Notes: generated by a model from the sequence alone, not told the origin. A DNA stretch of 64,000 nt from Phoronis australis (GCA_002633005.1 NMRA01000070.1:667872-731871); one strand, 5' to 3'; positions 50,001-64,000 are shown, numbered from the stretch's first letter. Numbers and translations are program-made.

Positions 50001-50974
50001 AGTGTGATCTTCACGTGCTTCAAAGTTCCACCCTTTCGATGGCTGCAATCCCACTGTATTTTTTCACAGTTTTGGTTGTTTGGGTCGAATGGCTGTGCTG
50101 TGCACGAATATTTTGTACTTTTTTGATGAATTTGGAATCTCAACTTCCCTAGTGAATACTTGGCATTGTCAGATTTATATGTATAGAAGGACAATGGGAC
50201 ATTTCCCCCGAACTGCTCCACCGAGAAAGGGTACTGTCTGAAATGGGACACCTTAAGATGAAAAGCTAAACATCATTAAGCCTGGAAAAAAGAGTGATAG
50301 TTCATCCTATCGTCGTGTTGTCCCAAAACGGTGCAGGGAGTGATCTCCTTCAACATGAAAGCCGGTTGCACTATTTCACAAAAAACAGGAAAATAAAGGT
50401 AATCGATTCCAAGATTGCGCCCTCTCTCCGTGAATGGCCCCTTAAAAACAAAACGAGTGGGAACTTGAATGTCATCAATGGCCTCCATCAAGAGCGGGGG
50501 CCCTAAATATGAAACTATGTATATTTTCAAATACCTGGAAATTCGGAGCAATTGATGTTATCTGTCAGGTCATCAATTTTTCTCAATTTTGAGAAAAAAT
50601 AAAGCGAAATTGTCTCCGTTATCCATTGCCAGAGAGGTGCCACTGGAAAAACTTAGTTTTGCATGTGCAAAGATGACTTATTGAATTTAAAATCCAGTAA
50701 ATAAGTACGCTCTGCAAAAGCTCCGCTTTACAAATTTTATCGATTTTTGAAATATATGTATGATTGATTTCGTGCACATTTTGAAGTGCGCTTAGACGAC
50801 CTGTGCTGCAAAAGCTGAGACCCTAACGACAAGGTCCTCAAAACGTAATCCATGCACAAATGCATAGTTGTTAAATGTTCAGAGGTGGTGGCGATAGGAA
50901 AGGGGGAGGGGGTTGTTTGGCGAAGTCGAATTGGTTTATACCCCCGCCACTAATTTTTGCCTTCCTACGGGCAG
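47070..50974. repeat. Inverted-repeat structure, unit-2 copy, with internal deletions
   Basis: Collinear with 23037-28526 but lacking ~23910-24230, ~25685-25825 and ~26180-27297. Confidence 0.8.
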
Positions 50975-51064
50975 GTGACTTCAGTTTATTCACTACTGTT
51001 GTCAAGTCAGTCTCACCATTGTTGCAATGGCGATCACCGACAGAGGTCTTACTAGTACACATTA

Positions 51065-53480
51065 ATGTGTGATTTATTGAAATATATACACGTGGCCATA
51101 GGCCCAAAGTATAACATATACAAGACAGAACATAGTCAGGTGCCACGTTTCAAACTGGATAATAAATTGTAACGCTTGAAAAGCATGATGGACGAATTTT
51201 ATAAGTAGGATATCCGGAGTTCTCATGAGAGATACAAATTTAGATGTCTTGAAACGAACTGCAAACTAACACAACGTGGTATTTGTCTTCTACACATCCC
51301 GAATTACATAACTCACACAACCTAATTTCATAGGGAATATTTGTGTGGCGACCTCTTTCCACTAGTAACGAAAGATTTGAAAATCACAATCAAGTCAGAG
51401 ATTGTATAAAAACACGTGGGACACTAACTATTTCTAGATAATTCTCAAGACAATACATTGTTTTATACCTCACATAGTAAGGCAGTTTTGCGTTACATTC
51501 GAGATCAGATTGCCAGCCTTGCAAATAACAGTCGTTGACACGTTGAGAAAAACACTGTCAAGAAATACCATGACGGCGACATCCCGTTGCTCCCAACATG
51601 TTCCATTGTATAGCCCAACAACAAGTTGGGAAGTTTACCCCCGTAGCCAATTAACTCCATTCGGGCGTTGATGGTTGGAGGGCCTGCGCTCTTTTGTTCG
51701 ATAACTGCTCTAATCTCCGATCAGATCGGATCTAACCTGACTGGGGTGGGCTGATAAAAATGAAAGTTAAGTTAAGTCAGATGTTATCGCACGTTAAGCA
51801 CCCCTCACGTCTGGAAAAGTTACTGAGCGACAGGACGCTGGAATGCGCTTGGTTTACCACACCCTGAATAATACATACATCTGAAAAACCATACACAGAA
51901 AGAAGTTTCCTTACAAAACTTGCCCAATTACAGGAAGATCTTCTGATCAGATATGACTGAAAAAGCGTATCATATGCAGCCTTTACCCTACGACTACTAG
52001 GCATCTCCAGTATTTTGAACCAGTATTTTATACATGATACAAAATATATGGTAAACAATGGGAATCGACCACATTCTCCCATAATTGCCGAGTTTGAACA
52101 ACAACTGCCTAGTCCTAAAATGCGTTTACAAAACTTGATATGTAAATTTTCCAATTGTCCATATTCCTTAAAGCCCCACATCTCAGCACCGTGACACAGA
52201 AAGGGATAAACCATTTTATCAAACAGGTGAAAGCCTATTGACGGGTGTAGATCACAACATATTCGCTTTAATTTACAAATTGCAGAGGCAGCTTTATTTG
52301 CTTGATAAGATAAGGCTTTAATGGCTTTGGTCCACGAAACTTTTGGAGTAATAAGTAGTCCAAGGTATTTGTAGTGAAACACCACATCGACCAATGTTCC
52401 ATTGTAAAACCATTTCTCATATCGTCTAAGAGGACCGTCATTTCTGAAAACGACCACTTTAGTTTTATTCAAGTTTACTTGCATGCCCCATGATTCGCAA
52501 AATTCTGCCAAACAATTTAGCATACATTGTAACTTGATGGTGGTAGAGGAACATAACACCATGTCGTCTGCATGCAGCAGGGAGTTAACTCTTGGTACTT
52601 GTTTGCTGAGATATGTGCTATTAATATTACTTTTCGCACTCAGTTTATCCAGAAATTCATTTAGATACAACAAAAATAATAATGGGCTGATTATGCAACC
52701 CTGGCGAGTGCCAACAGTACAATAAAAAAACTCTGTAAGACCATCTTGAGTTTCCACACAAGTGCGCAATTTACTAGAAATAGAGCGGATTGTGTTGAAA
52801 ATTTTACCATGCACATCAATGTTTTTCAATCTATGGAAGAGTAAATTATGTGGGATTCGATCGAATGCCTTCGAGAAATCTACAAAGGCACAGTAAAATC
52901 TCCCACCCTGCAGACTGAAGTACTTATGGCACATAGCTTGAAGTGTAAACACTTGGTCAATCGTAGAGTAGCCTTTTCTAAACCCAGCTTGAGACTCATA
53001 AATTTATCATTATTTTCAGCCCAGTAATAAAGACGATTATTTAAAAGTTTGGTAAAAGTTTTCCCAAAGCAGAAAACAGGGAAATACCTCTATAGTTATT
53101 TTCGTCATTGATATTACCTTGTTTATGTACTGGAGTAAGTACTGCGTCACACCAAGCTGGGGATAATACCCAGAATCAAAAATTGCATTGAATAATTTAC
53201 GTAAGACTGACACTATCGTTACCTCAGTGCACTTCAGCATTTCAACAATCACGCCATCATAACCCCAAGCCTTGATCCAGTGGCCTCATATATTTCAGAA
53301 GGCAAAAAATCCGTATTATGATCAGACGGGTAGTTGTTAGTACATTTTCACAGGAACTATCATATCCTGCGTGGCAAATTCAGTCAAAGACTCGTCAATA
53401 GAGCAGTTTCGGTTCAATAAATCCTTGAAATAGTAGTGGCATTTCTGCGGACTAATTGAACTTGAGAACTTGAAAGTTAC
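51065..53480 (-). mobile_element. RTE-X-like non-LTR retrotransposon, copy 3
   Basis: Flanked by TACACATTA (51056-51064, 53481-53489). It contains the longest RT remnant. Confidence 0.85.
51777..52952 (-). pseudogene. Reverse transcriptase ORF remnant (391 aa open stretch)
   Basis: Motifs FVDFSKAFD, RQGCIISPLLF, LLHADD (YADD mutated) and YKYLG. The C-terminus runs into the 275-bp insertion. Confidence 0.85.
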
Positions 53481-56400
53481 TACACATTACCAACCATATT
53501 CATCCCACGGGTACCTCATGCATGGTTAACTACCGTTTGACGTGCAATTCTCTCACGTGATTTAACTCATTTGGAGTGTGAGATGCCTCCACACTTGGTA
53601 TAATGGCGAGACTTCAGGGTACGCGCCACAGCAGCAGCGTAGAAATATTCTGACCATGAAACAAAGCAACTCGGAGAATAATTCAGGCCCGTTAAATAAA
53701 CCTTTCACGGTGCTCCGTGTAATTTGCAGGTGTCAAGATGAAGTCTTGGGAGCGTCCGGCATAGGCATAGAGAAGGAGACATGAAAGAACATTTATAAGT
53801 ATTAGTGCTGGACGTACAATTGAAAACCCTGGTCAGGAAGTTTTTTTAGGGGCATCCATTTGTTTGAATACTGCCAAAGAATCGCTTACCCTGATATAAG
53901 AACGTGCAAGTACATATTTCAGAGATGTTCGATAAAATTACCAGAGCAATGCAATGTTGTATGTTTCCAGGGACCCCCTTTCAAGAGATAATGGAGTCAT
54001 TTGTCTCTTAATGTTTCATTTTGGAAATTGTTTATCATTTGATATAATTCTCAGCTCTTGGAAGGGGCTCTTTGATGGCAACCATCTGTTGTCTGATTTA
54101 TATCCTTTTTTCTTTTAAGGCTCACTCAAAGTGGGGCCCAAATGATATAACCAGTTCCTCCCTTTTCCCGTTTCTGTAAAATCGTGAAATCCTTTAAATT
54201 AATGAATGCGACCCGATGGTGGAAGAAGGGACTTCATACCCCATGATGGAATCTATTGTCACTCTGTAAATCTATTAATGAGATAACGTTTGACATAATA
54301 ATATTTGGATAGCACGCCTTTCATATTAAAGGGTGGGGTATCATAAATCCGCCACTGTCAATTATTTAAGAGGTGAAGTGGCAAAAATTTCGTTGGTCAT
54401 GAAAACCACCAAATTTGTATATTTAAAGAACAGCAAAATCAAGACTCAGCAACCTAATTTGCTAAAAATGGGAATAACAATAGCATCGACCGGAATCAAA
54501 AGATAGAACTCGAAGGCCACAATTTTTGAAATACACAAAGGCAAAATTTTCTATGGTTCTATAACGATAAAAGTACCGGTATTTTGAACGAAAAATTTGA
54601 AGTACCGAGTTATCCATTAAGCTCAATAAGAAAAAAAATTGGGACCCTGTACAATACTGGGGCCCCATCCCTTAGTAAGAGTAGTGGAGACATAGGTCTT
54701 CGGGGGAGGGGGGATCTATGAGATAAAAAACTGCAACAAAGGGCCTCGCGAATGCACGGAATAGGGATCTGCCTTGTCGTCACATGGAACAATCTAAAGT
54801 AGTGACCAGAGGGGGAGGGGGAAGCTTGAAAATTAATGCGAAGTGAATATTGGTGATTCGTCTCGCCGTCACAGGGCCTATCAAAAGTTACAGTGAGCGG
54901 GAGCAGTTTGACTATTTCTACGAAAGGTATGAATTATAATGGTTAGGATACTAGACCTTTTAGAGATTGGGAACCTCATGAAACGGACGGCATCTGCTGA
55001 TTCTACTTGTTCATATCCATGAAAACAAATGTCTATGAAGCTGTTCATCAGGGAGCACAACTTTTCTTCTCCATTTTTGTATCACTGCGCGATTGCGGTG
55101 GAGCAAAATGTACAAGAAATGCAATAAGACCCAACCGACACCTATAGGTGATACATGATGGTTTGAAGAACCTACAACGGTGATAAAAGACCTGTACTAG
55201 AGCTATTTTTGGTAAAAATTGAGCGGTACACAAACATCAACATGGGACTATTGACAGGTAGTTTGGCCTAGGTGAAAAGGTTTCGTTTAGCTGAAAACAA
55301 TCTCAATCGCTTTATCATGGGCTTAAAAAGGTTGAAATAAACAAATATTCGCATGGTCGTATGGTAAACGTGAGTCGTTTTTGATAATAAACAACACATA
55401 CAACATCCAAAAAATTTTCATTGCATTGTGGAAAAGTAGATTTTCGTGTCCCCTTTGTGCTCCCATATTATCCCATCATTGTATTTCCATAAATTGTCCA
55501 GATACGATGCACGGCTGATCTTGTCGAAGCTATATTAGTTAGCATGGCTCCGTCCGTCTATATGCCTGCAAAGCAAGAACCGATGACAATGGAAACAGTA
55601 AAAAACAAAAATTAGACAGATCCAATCCCACTAGCTTCTTTCTTGAACCATTAAAGGGCCCCAAACTGATCTACGGATAATATTATCTTACAATCTCAAC
55701 ATCTGACAAACGTTCTCATTTGGACAACGTAAAAACTGATAATGATTTGACGTGTTCGTGAAGGCGAGCGGTGATACTTTTCACTCTTCAATGGAGAATT
55801 TGGCCATCTCCACTCCTAAAGAGGGTTATTATCGGGGGAACTGTGTCTCTCCTCATTAACCCGCCACTACAGGACCAGCTTCATGGAATGTCACTTTCAT
55901 GCTGTGTTTCTTATTGTTTCAATTAAAGGTTGCCATTGATATCAACAAAGATGTTATAGTTACCCATTTGTATAGAGTATCTTTGATAGCAAGAGCATTA
56001 TTTGATGCGTGTAGTGTATCGTGAAGCGTGGGCGCGCTGTACCAATGTCGTTAGCATGCACACTTTTCAAAAAAACAACCTCTCTCCACCATAAAAATCT
56101 AATATATGAAATTGCCTAGTATTGTTACATTCAGAACTAGGGTAACAAAAACTGCCGGGATGCCAATATATTCATATTGGCACATTCATTTTTCTGCATA
56201 AACGAGCGGGTGGCTGTGAGAGTAAAGGATTCTAAGCCCGGAGCCGCATTGTTGAATTTTGTTTTTATCGTATGACTCTTTTCATTCCATTAGTTCAATT
56301 GTTATAATCAAACGGGTATCGCGTAACGCAAGCTTATAAAATGAGCTGGAATCAGTTAAGAGAACAGCTAAAACGGGAAAATTTGGGCCCGACGTTTTGG

Positions 56401-57152
56401 CTAAGAAGAAACAAAGCTGACCATGGTGGTAAGTGTACCGTTGATTTGTCTCTGTCAAGAGGACGTCTAGAAGACGGACACGAACTATTAATATACGGCG
56501 TACGTTGACCCTGGCGATCCTCTAGACGTCGATAAGCCGTTCCTTGTCGTCAAACTGTTCGTGAACTATGTTAAAAATGCGTAGCGGAGACGGTTTGCGA
56601 TAGCGCAGAACTCCAATTTGATCTTATTACAATGTCTGTCATTTGATTACAACGAGTTGACAAGACAGTATGAAGGGGAAAGTCGTTATAATTTCACCAA
56701 ACTCTTTATAACGAGTCACAAACGTCTGTTAAAAATATTGGCATTGTTTAGCTAAAGTTCCGTCTTCAATGCGTCACCGCCTTTCCTCACAGACGTCCAT
56801 GAGCTCGCCCGATCAGTTAGTCACGCTCGTTGGTTTAGTGAGAAAATATTTTAATCTATATTTGTTGACAAAAATAAAATATTTCAGGTTCAACTATCCT
56901 GCTTTAACGTGGCTTGTTGCGGGTCATTGATAGCCCTCGCAATATTTTATTTTTGACCCCGAAAAACAAGCAATGCACAAAAAAGGTAGAATAGATTTTT
57001 GCCAGTCCAATGGTGAATTTATCTCCGTGCAATACATGAATTATAAATACCTACATTAAGTGAGCTAACCCATTTTACTGATGTTCTATTTGAAGCCCAG
57101 TGACGCTATTCACTTTTCGCTTATAAAACTGTGCCATCGCCTTGCATGTATT

Positions 57153-60100
57153 TTTTCGCTATGTAATTTTTTATTGGTTTACAGAACAGAAATACAGATA
57201 TGTAAGACAAAAATCAAGCCATTCTCACTCTTAACATACACGCCCACATGCACCCGCCCCCAACCTTCTTTTAGTAGGATGTTGTCAGGCAAAAGTTATG
57301 GTTAACCAGTTGCTCCAGGTTGCATGGTATTCATCTAAATTACCATTATTCAATAAAATCCTTCTTTGAATACAAATTCTCTTTCTAATTTCTTAAGGAA
57401 ATGGCAGAAACTGGGGATTATTTTTTACACCTGGATAGGTAAATAAAATGTTTTAATTGCAAACGTATCCAATTTAAAACTTTATTTTCATCACTTATGG
57501 GCATGCCAAAACATTGTTTTTTGTCAATAACCATATTTATACCTTTCACCAACAACACCCAAGTGCGTAATTCTCCTATTAATGTTTTTATATTATTACA
57601 TTCGAAAAAGATGTGATCTACTGTTTCACTTTCTGATTACATCAGAGTCCACCAGGTTATTTTTTTAAAAAAAGAGTTCGTTACAAGTATTCTATGTAAT
57701 AGCTTAAACTGCAGTGTACATAACTTGAAAGCATAAGTAGTTTTAAAAGACAGTGAATATATTTTTTCCACTCATCACTTCGAAAGTTATAACCTTCTTC
57801 TTGAAATCTTTTTTGGGCAATAGGCAAAATTTTGTTGTGGCAGACAGTTTCATATATCATTTTAAATATTGATGTGCAGTTTAAAAAATTACGGATATTA
57901 AAAGGTATTATTGGTCCATATATCTTAATTAACTGCATTTGTAATGGTCTTCTCCTCAGAAAGGACCTAATAGACTCAATCAGAGAACAATATTCCAAAA
58001 AGTTTGTAGATATATTCGAGATCTTTTTAAATTCAGTAAATAAGTAAAAACTGTTATTTTCATCAAGTAGGTCTTTTTTAAAAAGAACACCACCACTAGC
58101 ATACTTGCTAAAGAAAATAGATTTTTTGTCTATTCGTATTTCATCGTTATGCCATAAACTTGTTGAGAGTAAATCATTCGCATCTTTATGAGGCTTTTTA
58201 CAAATGAAAGAAGACCAGTTATTTAGAACTTTGTTCCAAAAAGGATTGATTACTTCAGTATGGCATTTAACAAAAACATTTTGATTCAGAATTAAGTAAT
58301 CTCTTTATCCATGAAATTTTTATAGCCTTGTTCAAAAAATGATATTTAACATTTTAACTCTCCCTTCCTCCTTAAGTTTTGATTAACACATCTCTCTTCA
58401 CTCTCTCAACTTTGTTATTCCTATTAAACTTAAAAATGCTGGCATTCAATTCATTCATAATAATGTCTGATTGAGTAGGCAGGGCTGTCATAATGTGAAT
58501 CATTTTTGGCACCATCAAGGTCTTCACCACCGTAACTTTCCCAAAAAAGGAGATTTTTCGTATAGACCAAATTTTGATAAGACTATTGATTTCATCAATC
58601 TTCTCGTTGTAGTTGATGTCAATCATTTTTTCTAGGTCAACACTAAACTTGATACCCAGCATCTTAAATTCCGTCATACGCCATTCCAACTTCCATCTTG
58701 CGTGATGGAAAACATCTTTACAAATTTTTTTACTGCCCAACCAAATAACATTAGTTTTGGAATAATTTACTCTCAAACCAGACATATCTGCATATGTACT
58801 CAAAACTTCCACAATAGCTTCCAAACTACGCCTTGAACCATCTAAGAAAAACGTTGTGGCATCAGCATACTGAGTAAGTATAAATTCCTCATTTCCTATT
58901 AGAATGCCTTTAATTTCCCTATCTTGTTTTGTCATCATAGCTAATACTTCAGCACATAAAATAAAACAGACGGAGAAAGAGGATCACCTTGTCTATAGCC
59001 CTGTGCAGAGTAAAACTTCTGGACAGGAAACCGTTTTGAACAATGTATGACACGGGACAATTATAAAAGGTTTTAATTCAACGCTTAATTGAGGCCTTGA
59101 AATTAAATATATCCAAAACATTATTTATGAAGTTCCATGACAAGCTATCAAAAGCTTTTTTAAAACTATTTGTAATAACAGCCCCGGTATACCATTGTTT
59201 CACAGAAATTCATCATAATATCATAATATCTTATGTTTTCACTCATACATCTCCCTTTTATCAATCCCGTCTGATCCGGGGAAATTATATATTCAAGTAG
59301 CTTTCTTGTTCTTCTAGCATCCGGATGCCAACTTGTAAACACTGTTGAGCAAAGTTATTGGTCTCCAGTTTATCATGAATTGTTTAGCCTTATCTGGCTT
59401 TGGAATTAAATTTACGAACCCAGTTTTTTGCGTGTTTGACAATTCACTTTTTTCATAGCTTTCATTTATGTGTCTTAAAACAAAATAGTCTAAATCTACC
59501 CAGAAAACCTTGAAGAATTCATTTGTGAACCATCTGACCCGGGGATTTTTTCATTTTTTAATACAGTCCAGAGTTCATTATATGTTATGTGTCCCTCAAG
59601 CTCCATAGCAAAATTATCGGGAAGCTTATTTGAAACAATAAGGTGTTCTCTATTTTACTTTTTTCAATAGAACTGTTGTCAGAATAAAAAATTCGTAAAA
59701 ATACGCGGCCACATCTAGTATCTTTTCTTGATTTGTAATTATTTCTCAATTTTCCAATTCTATTTCATACATAAGTTTGTTATAAAAATGTCTCGATTCT
59801 AAGCTACAAAAATATTTTGTTGGGCGTTCCTCCTCCTCTATCCATTTTGCCCTGGATCTGACGTAATATCCTTTTAATTTCTCTGACCTTGTCTCTAGAA
59901 GAGCACTCTTTTTCCTTCTAAATCTTCAAAAGTTCTATCATCGACACATTGTTCAAAATTTTCTATTTCCTTCTCTAACTGATTGTATTGACTATCTCAT
60001 TTTTTCTTTTTTTGAATCGAGTAAAAATAGTATTTCTTCTCATTTCCATTAACAGAGCATCCAAAAATAGTTGATCATTTATAACAAACTGAATCACACT

Positions 60101-60495
60101 GTTCGAAATATTTTGAATTTTGTCTAAATGGTATACCGGAACGGCATATTGCTTTTTAACATCAGTTATTGTATCTTGAACGATGTCTACACATTTCTTG
60201 TCATTTAAAAGTGAATTGCTAAATTTCCAGAGTGCTTTATCTCTAATAATTTCTGTAAAATTTAGGTTTAACAAGACCCCAGAATGATCTGATGTATAGC
60301 TTGGAGCTATAGAAATTCTTTGGACACAATGCATCAAAGTTTTGGAAACCAAAAAAGTCAAGCCTAGCCTGCTTAATTGGATTTTTTCGTCGCCAATTGA
60401 ATCTTCTCTTTGAAGGAAAAAATTCTCGAAAGGGATCACAGACATCAAACGTATTAATTATTCCCTTAAGAAATTTTGTAGCGTTTGGATTATTG
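57153..60495 (-). mobile_element. L1/Tx1-like retrotransposon, copy 3, interrupted in the endonuclease domain
   Basis: ORF2 fragments at 57681-57998, 58372-58938 and 59975-60557. The TSD half is at 57139-57152. Confidence 0.9.
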
Positions 60496-60632
60496 GGGAC
60501 AAATAAAACAACAAGAATAATAAATATTTTAAGTTGTATTGGGAATTTCAGGGTCACAGCTCTACAAATAAATATTTCACAGAAGGAACCAGATGGGTTC
60601 CTTAATTACAAGAGATAACACACACATTTCCG

Positions 60633-60850
60633 ATACCCAAAGTGTAACTGAGTATCGGATACTAAGTGGCACAGGTTAGCATAGTACCAAATGGGTACAT
60701 AATACCAAATGGGTATTGGCCGATTGCCTACCAACTGGGTCGAGCAAAGCGGCAAATTCAATAACAAGTACCAAGTGGGTACAAACTGCCAAATGGGCAA
60801 ATATCATATAAAGTACCAAGTGGGTACACCAAACAGCCAACTGGGCTATA
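60633..60850. repeat. Degenerate quasi-palindromic minisatellite (taccaaatgggta / taccaagtgggta)
   Basis: Several copies of TACCAA(A/G/C)TGGGTA occur at ~20-40 bp spacing. Confidence 0.7.
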
Positions 60851-61800
60851 ACAACCTGCAAAGCAGGTTCCGGACAAGCTGAGTGAGCAGACCAGCCGGA
60901 GTGATAAAAAGAGATATTGTAAGAAACGTGGTGTTGTGGCTCAGTATGTGCCACATGGGCAGGGTTGTTCATGGATGAACAATCCTGTCCACCGCCACAA
61001 CTCACGTGGGGGCCGTGACCCTGGTAGGGGAGTGACAGGGGATGGGAGAAAAAGGTAGTCACCAGCAATGAGAAAAGGACTAATACCAGTCCCGGATTTG
61101 ACTCCATATTCATTGAAGCTGCCCCCCCCCGCCCTCCGGGATGCAGGCACGATGTTAGACTTGGGGCACGGCACACGAGGACAGATTGGATACCTCACGG
61201 TGAACAGTACCGCTCCCGCCAAGCTCGAAGCCCAGCCACACCCTGGTCGCCGAGAGAAAGTTGTGATTGCTGCACATTACAGGCACCTCTACTGACCCCA
61301 TACCACGCTCACCTAGCAGACACTGCTATGCCTTAACTACAAGGGAAATTGCACCACATAACGTGCAAGCACAAACCTACCTGGAGGACCTGCGGTGGTT
61401 CCCACCCGAGCATCGCATGGGACAGGACCACCCTACACTCCCGGCCGGGCTTTCCCCGGGTCCAAGCCGCCCCCAAAAGTCAACTAAACCTCACTCATAT
61501 CGCGGCAAATCCTAGCAAAATTCAGCCAGTTTAGGGCACACTTTAGTACCCCAAGTTTTGTGCCCCCCAATTATTACGAATCTAATGCATCATGTACGTG
61601 TATGAGCTAGGGTAGAGCAGCCCAAGAGAACTGGCGTTCAGGTTCCTATGTGCGAATGTGTTGGTATTTTTGTGGAACAATTAACTTGCGTACCAGAGGA
61701 GGTAAGCGTTGTGACAATGGCTGGGGAGTGACCTCACATGGAAGCACGTGCTGTTAGGGAAACTCGCTGCAAAATTGTATTGAGAACAGAAAGATTGTAG

Positions 61801-62180
61801 ATTTCTTTTTATAAAACATTTTTATTTAGTTTTTTTTTATATTTTCATTTGTATTCTTTTTTTAATATTTTATGTAAATTTTAGAATATCTTTTATTTAT
61901 TTTTTAATATTATTTCACTTTTTAAATATATATTTTTATTTAGTTTTTATATTTGTTATTTTTTAAATAGTTTGATTTGTTTTTATTTTTTTATTTCTCA
62001 TATTTTCATTTGTGTTTTTTAAATATTTTATGTAAATTTTGAAATATTTTATTTATTTTTTAATATTATTTTACTTTTTTAAATATATATTTTTATTTAG
62101 TTTTTATATTTGTTATTTAACTTTTTAAATAGTTTGATTTGTTTTGATTTGTTTTTATTTTTTTTATTTTTTATATAAGT
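61801..62180. repeat. AT-rich low-complexity block with two ~165-bp tandem copies
   Basis: tattttcatttgt...ttttatgtaaatttt...aaatagtttgatttgtttt occurs at ~61840-61985 and ~62000-62147. Confidence 0.75.
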
Positions 62181-64000
62181 TAGAAAAGAAGTAATGGTGC
62201 AGGAAAGGTAAAAGACCATCAGCATGGGAGATGTCATTTCATATAAATATTATGAACAGATCTAAAATCATTATTCAAACAGTCCTATTTATTTGCTGAT
62301 GCTTTAAAGATGAAAACTGACCGATTGATAAAAATCATTAATTAAAACCATGTATCAAGCTATCGGCCACAGACAGACCTTCATACGGAAACTTGCATGT
62401 CTACTATATGTCTAAGAAAAATAAAATATCTATAAAAATCCTACAGAACACAACTATACGAGAGAGGAGAGAGCAACAGGCTCTCAGGAATAATGATACC
62501 CCGAGTCGTATAAAATAGACAACATCAAGTACACAAATCAGGAAGCAACTTGGTCTACAAAATATGATTGGCAGTAAAGGCCTAGCACCCTATCATTGTG
62601 TTCAACGAATATCCTAGAGCTAAGCAAAAGGACAAATAACATTTGTGGTGTCGATGTCAGGAAAAGATGGTCACAACTAGTTAGGAAATGCAATTAAGCC
62701 TAGGGTTCTGGTATCATGAAAATTTAGTCTAGAAAGTTCCATTGCTGGCACGAGGTCATCAGCACTATGCAACAGGTTATTATGTAATTACATAAGAGTG
62801 AAACCACAGGCTGGCCCATTACCATGAAATCTGGGTCAATGAGCGCTGCAACTGAATTTGGGCTAGTGTGATCCCAGTGTGCTTTGGTGATAAAATTTTA
62901 GGAAGTAGGTTAGGCACATTTGCGTGCAATATAGGTTAACAAAATGAAAGGTTACAAGATTTTGAAATCGTAAATTAAAAATCTTGTGTTAAAATATGTC
63001 AGACATTACCGGTAATCTGATATGATTTATACGCCTAAACGGGCAGATGTAACCCACTAGTGTGAGTGACGCGTTTTCAAAAACTTGGCGCAGTGACATG
63101 GATACTGTTTAGGCCTACTAATAGCCCGGGTGTAGTGGATCCTGGGTTGCAGATGAAAACGACCCTACTTCCGCGGATAAGGACAACTGTTAGAGTGACT
63201 GGCTTAGACCTAATTACACCGAAATGAACTAGTATATACGAAAATCGTAAAATTAAAGGAAACAGGTAGAGCCGGTCATGCCCTCGCTCTGGAGGCACTC
63301 GAGCGCAGATTTCGTATGACTAAGCTATACGCGCCTGGGCAGTGGACAACTTAGCAGGCATGTGAGACGTGATCTCATCGATCATAACGTCCGCCTATCT
63401 GCCACTACAGTAGCCGACTATTCGAAAATCGTCTTGGTGGGAAATACCCGACCACGATGCTAGACGAAAAGAAAAGTTGACGCATTACCGTAACTTAAGC
63501 GCGGTTGGAATAGGTGTAAATTATGCCGAGAGAACGAAATGTGAAGTATTATGTGATAGGAATTGACACGAGTGTTTTAAAATGTTTAACACATTTTGTT
63601 GTTATTATTTTTATTTTATTAGTTTATTTTTCAATTATTATTTATTTAATTTGTAGGAAAGTTTTAGTGTACGTTTTAGTTTGTTTATTAGTTGTATTAT
63701 ATGTTGTTTTTTTATTTTTTTTATTTTTTTTGATTTTTTTTTCTGCGTCGGTAAAGTATACATCTTTTTTAAGTGTTGTTCAGAAGGAAGTATGCCGATC
63801 AAAAGGGTAGATAAACATGGTAGGGTTAGGGCCGGTGACGAAGTACTTGAAAAGGCCTAACAAACAACATATCCAAGGGTGAGTACAGTATCTGCGTATC
63901 TTTCATGGAAAGTCGAATAAAATGTCAACAGTGACATTCAAAGGGTTTTTTTATTATTATTATTTATTATTATTATAATTATTTTTGACTTTTTTATTAT

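Larger units (their letters stand above)
28807..51254. repeat. Tandem segmental duplication, unit 2
   Basis: Collinear with unit 1. It lacks the Harbinger-like, Academ-like and 275-bp insertions. Confidence 0.95.
51255..60495. repeat. Tandem segmental duplication, unit 3 (partial)
   Basis: Collinear with units 1 and 2 until 60495, inside the Tx1 endonuclease region. Confidence 0.95.
60496..64000. other. Unclassified non-coding sequence replacing or interrupting the array, probably a large repeat element
   Basis: Homology to units 1 and 2 is lost abruptly at ttattg|gggac. The region has a short tandem motif block, a GC-rich block and AT-rich blocks, and no recognisable ORF. Confidence 0.5.

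Noticed and set aside
60633-60850. CRISPR-like repeat array
   Set aside because: The repeats are short, degenerate and irregularly spaced, with no cas genes and a eukaryotic context.
63523-63810. 95-aa hydrophobic membrane-protein-like ORF
   Set aside because: It is a by-product of T-rich low-complexity sequence.

Overview
This is eukaryotic, repeat-rich, AT-rich DNA, most likely from a marine invertebrate animal, with three single-'n' assembly gaps (8450, 10004, 38882). The window is a head-to-tail tandem segmental array of a ~22-29 kb unit: copy 1 is 1-28806, copy 2 is 28807-51254, and a partial copy 3 is 51255-60495. Each complete unit carries one intact gene with an intronless CDS and a signal peptide, encoding a MACPF/perforin-family protein resembling the sea-anemone PsTX-60/AvTX-60 toxins (16999-18465 and 41315-42778). 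Each gene is followed by a 5'-truncated, diverged paralogous pseudogene and a multi-kb imperfect inverted repeat. Each unit also holds two decayed non-LTR retrotransposons, one RTE-X-like and one L1/Tx1-like. Copy-specific insertions (Academ-like, Harbinger-like, THAP/P-like, Helentron-associated HINE-like) can be delimited by comparison with empty sites in sister copies. Copy 3 looks like a mosaic of copies 1 and 2 and is cut at 60496 by an unclassified element. All calls come from reading motifs and comparing copies by eye; no database searches were run.
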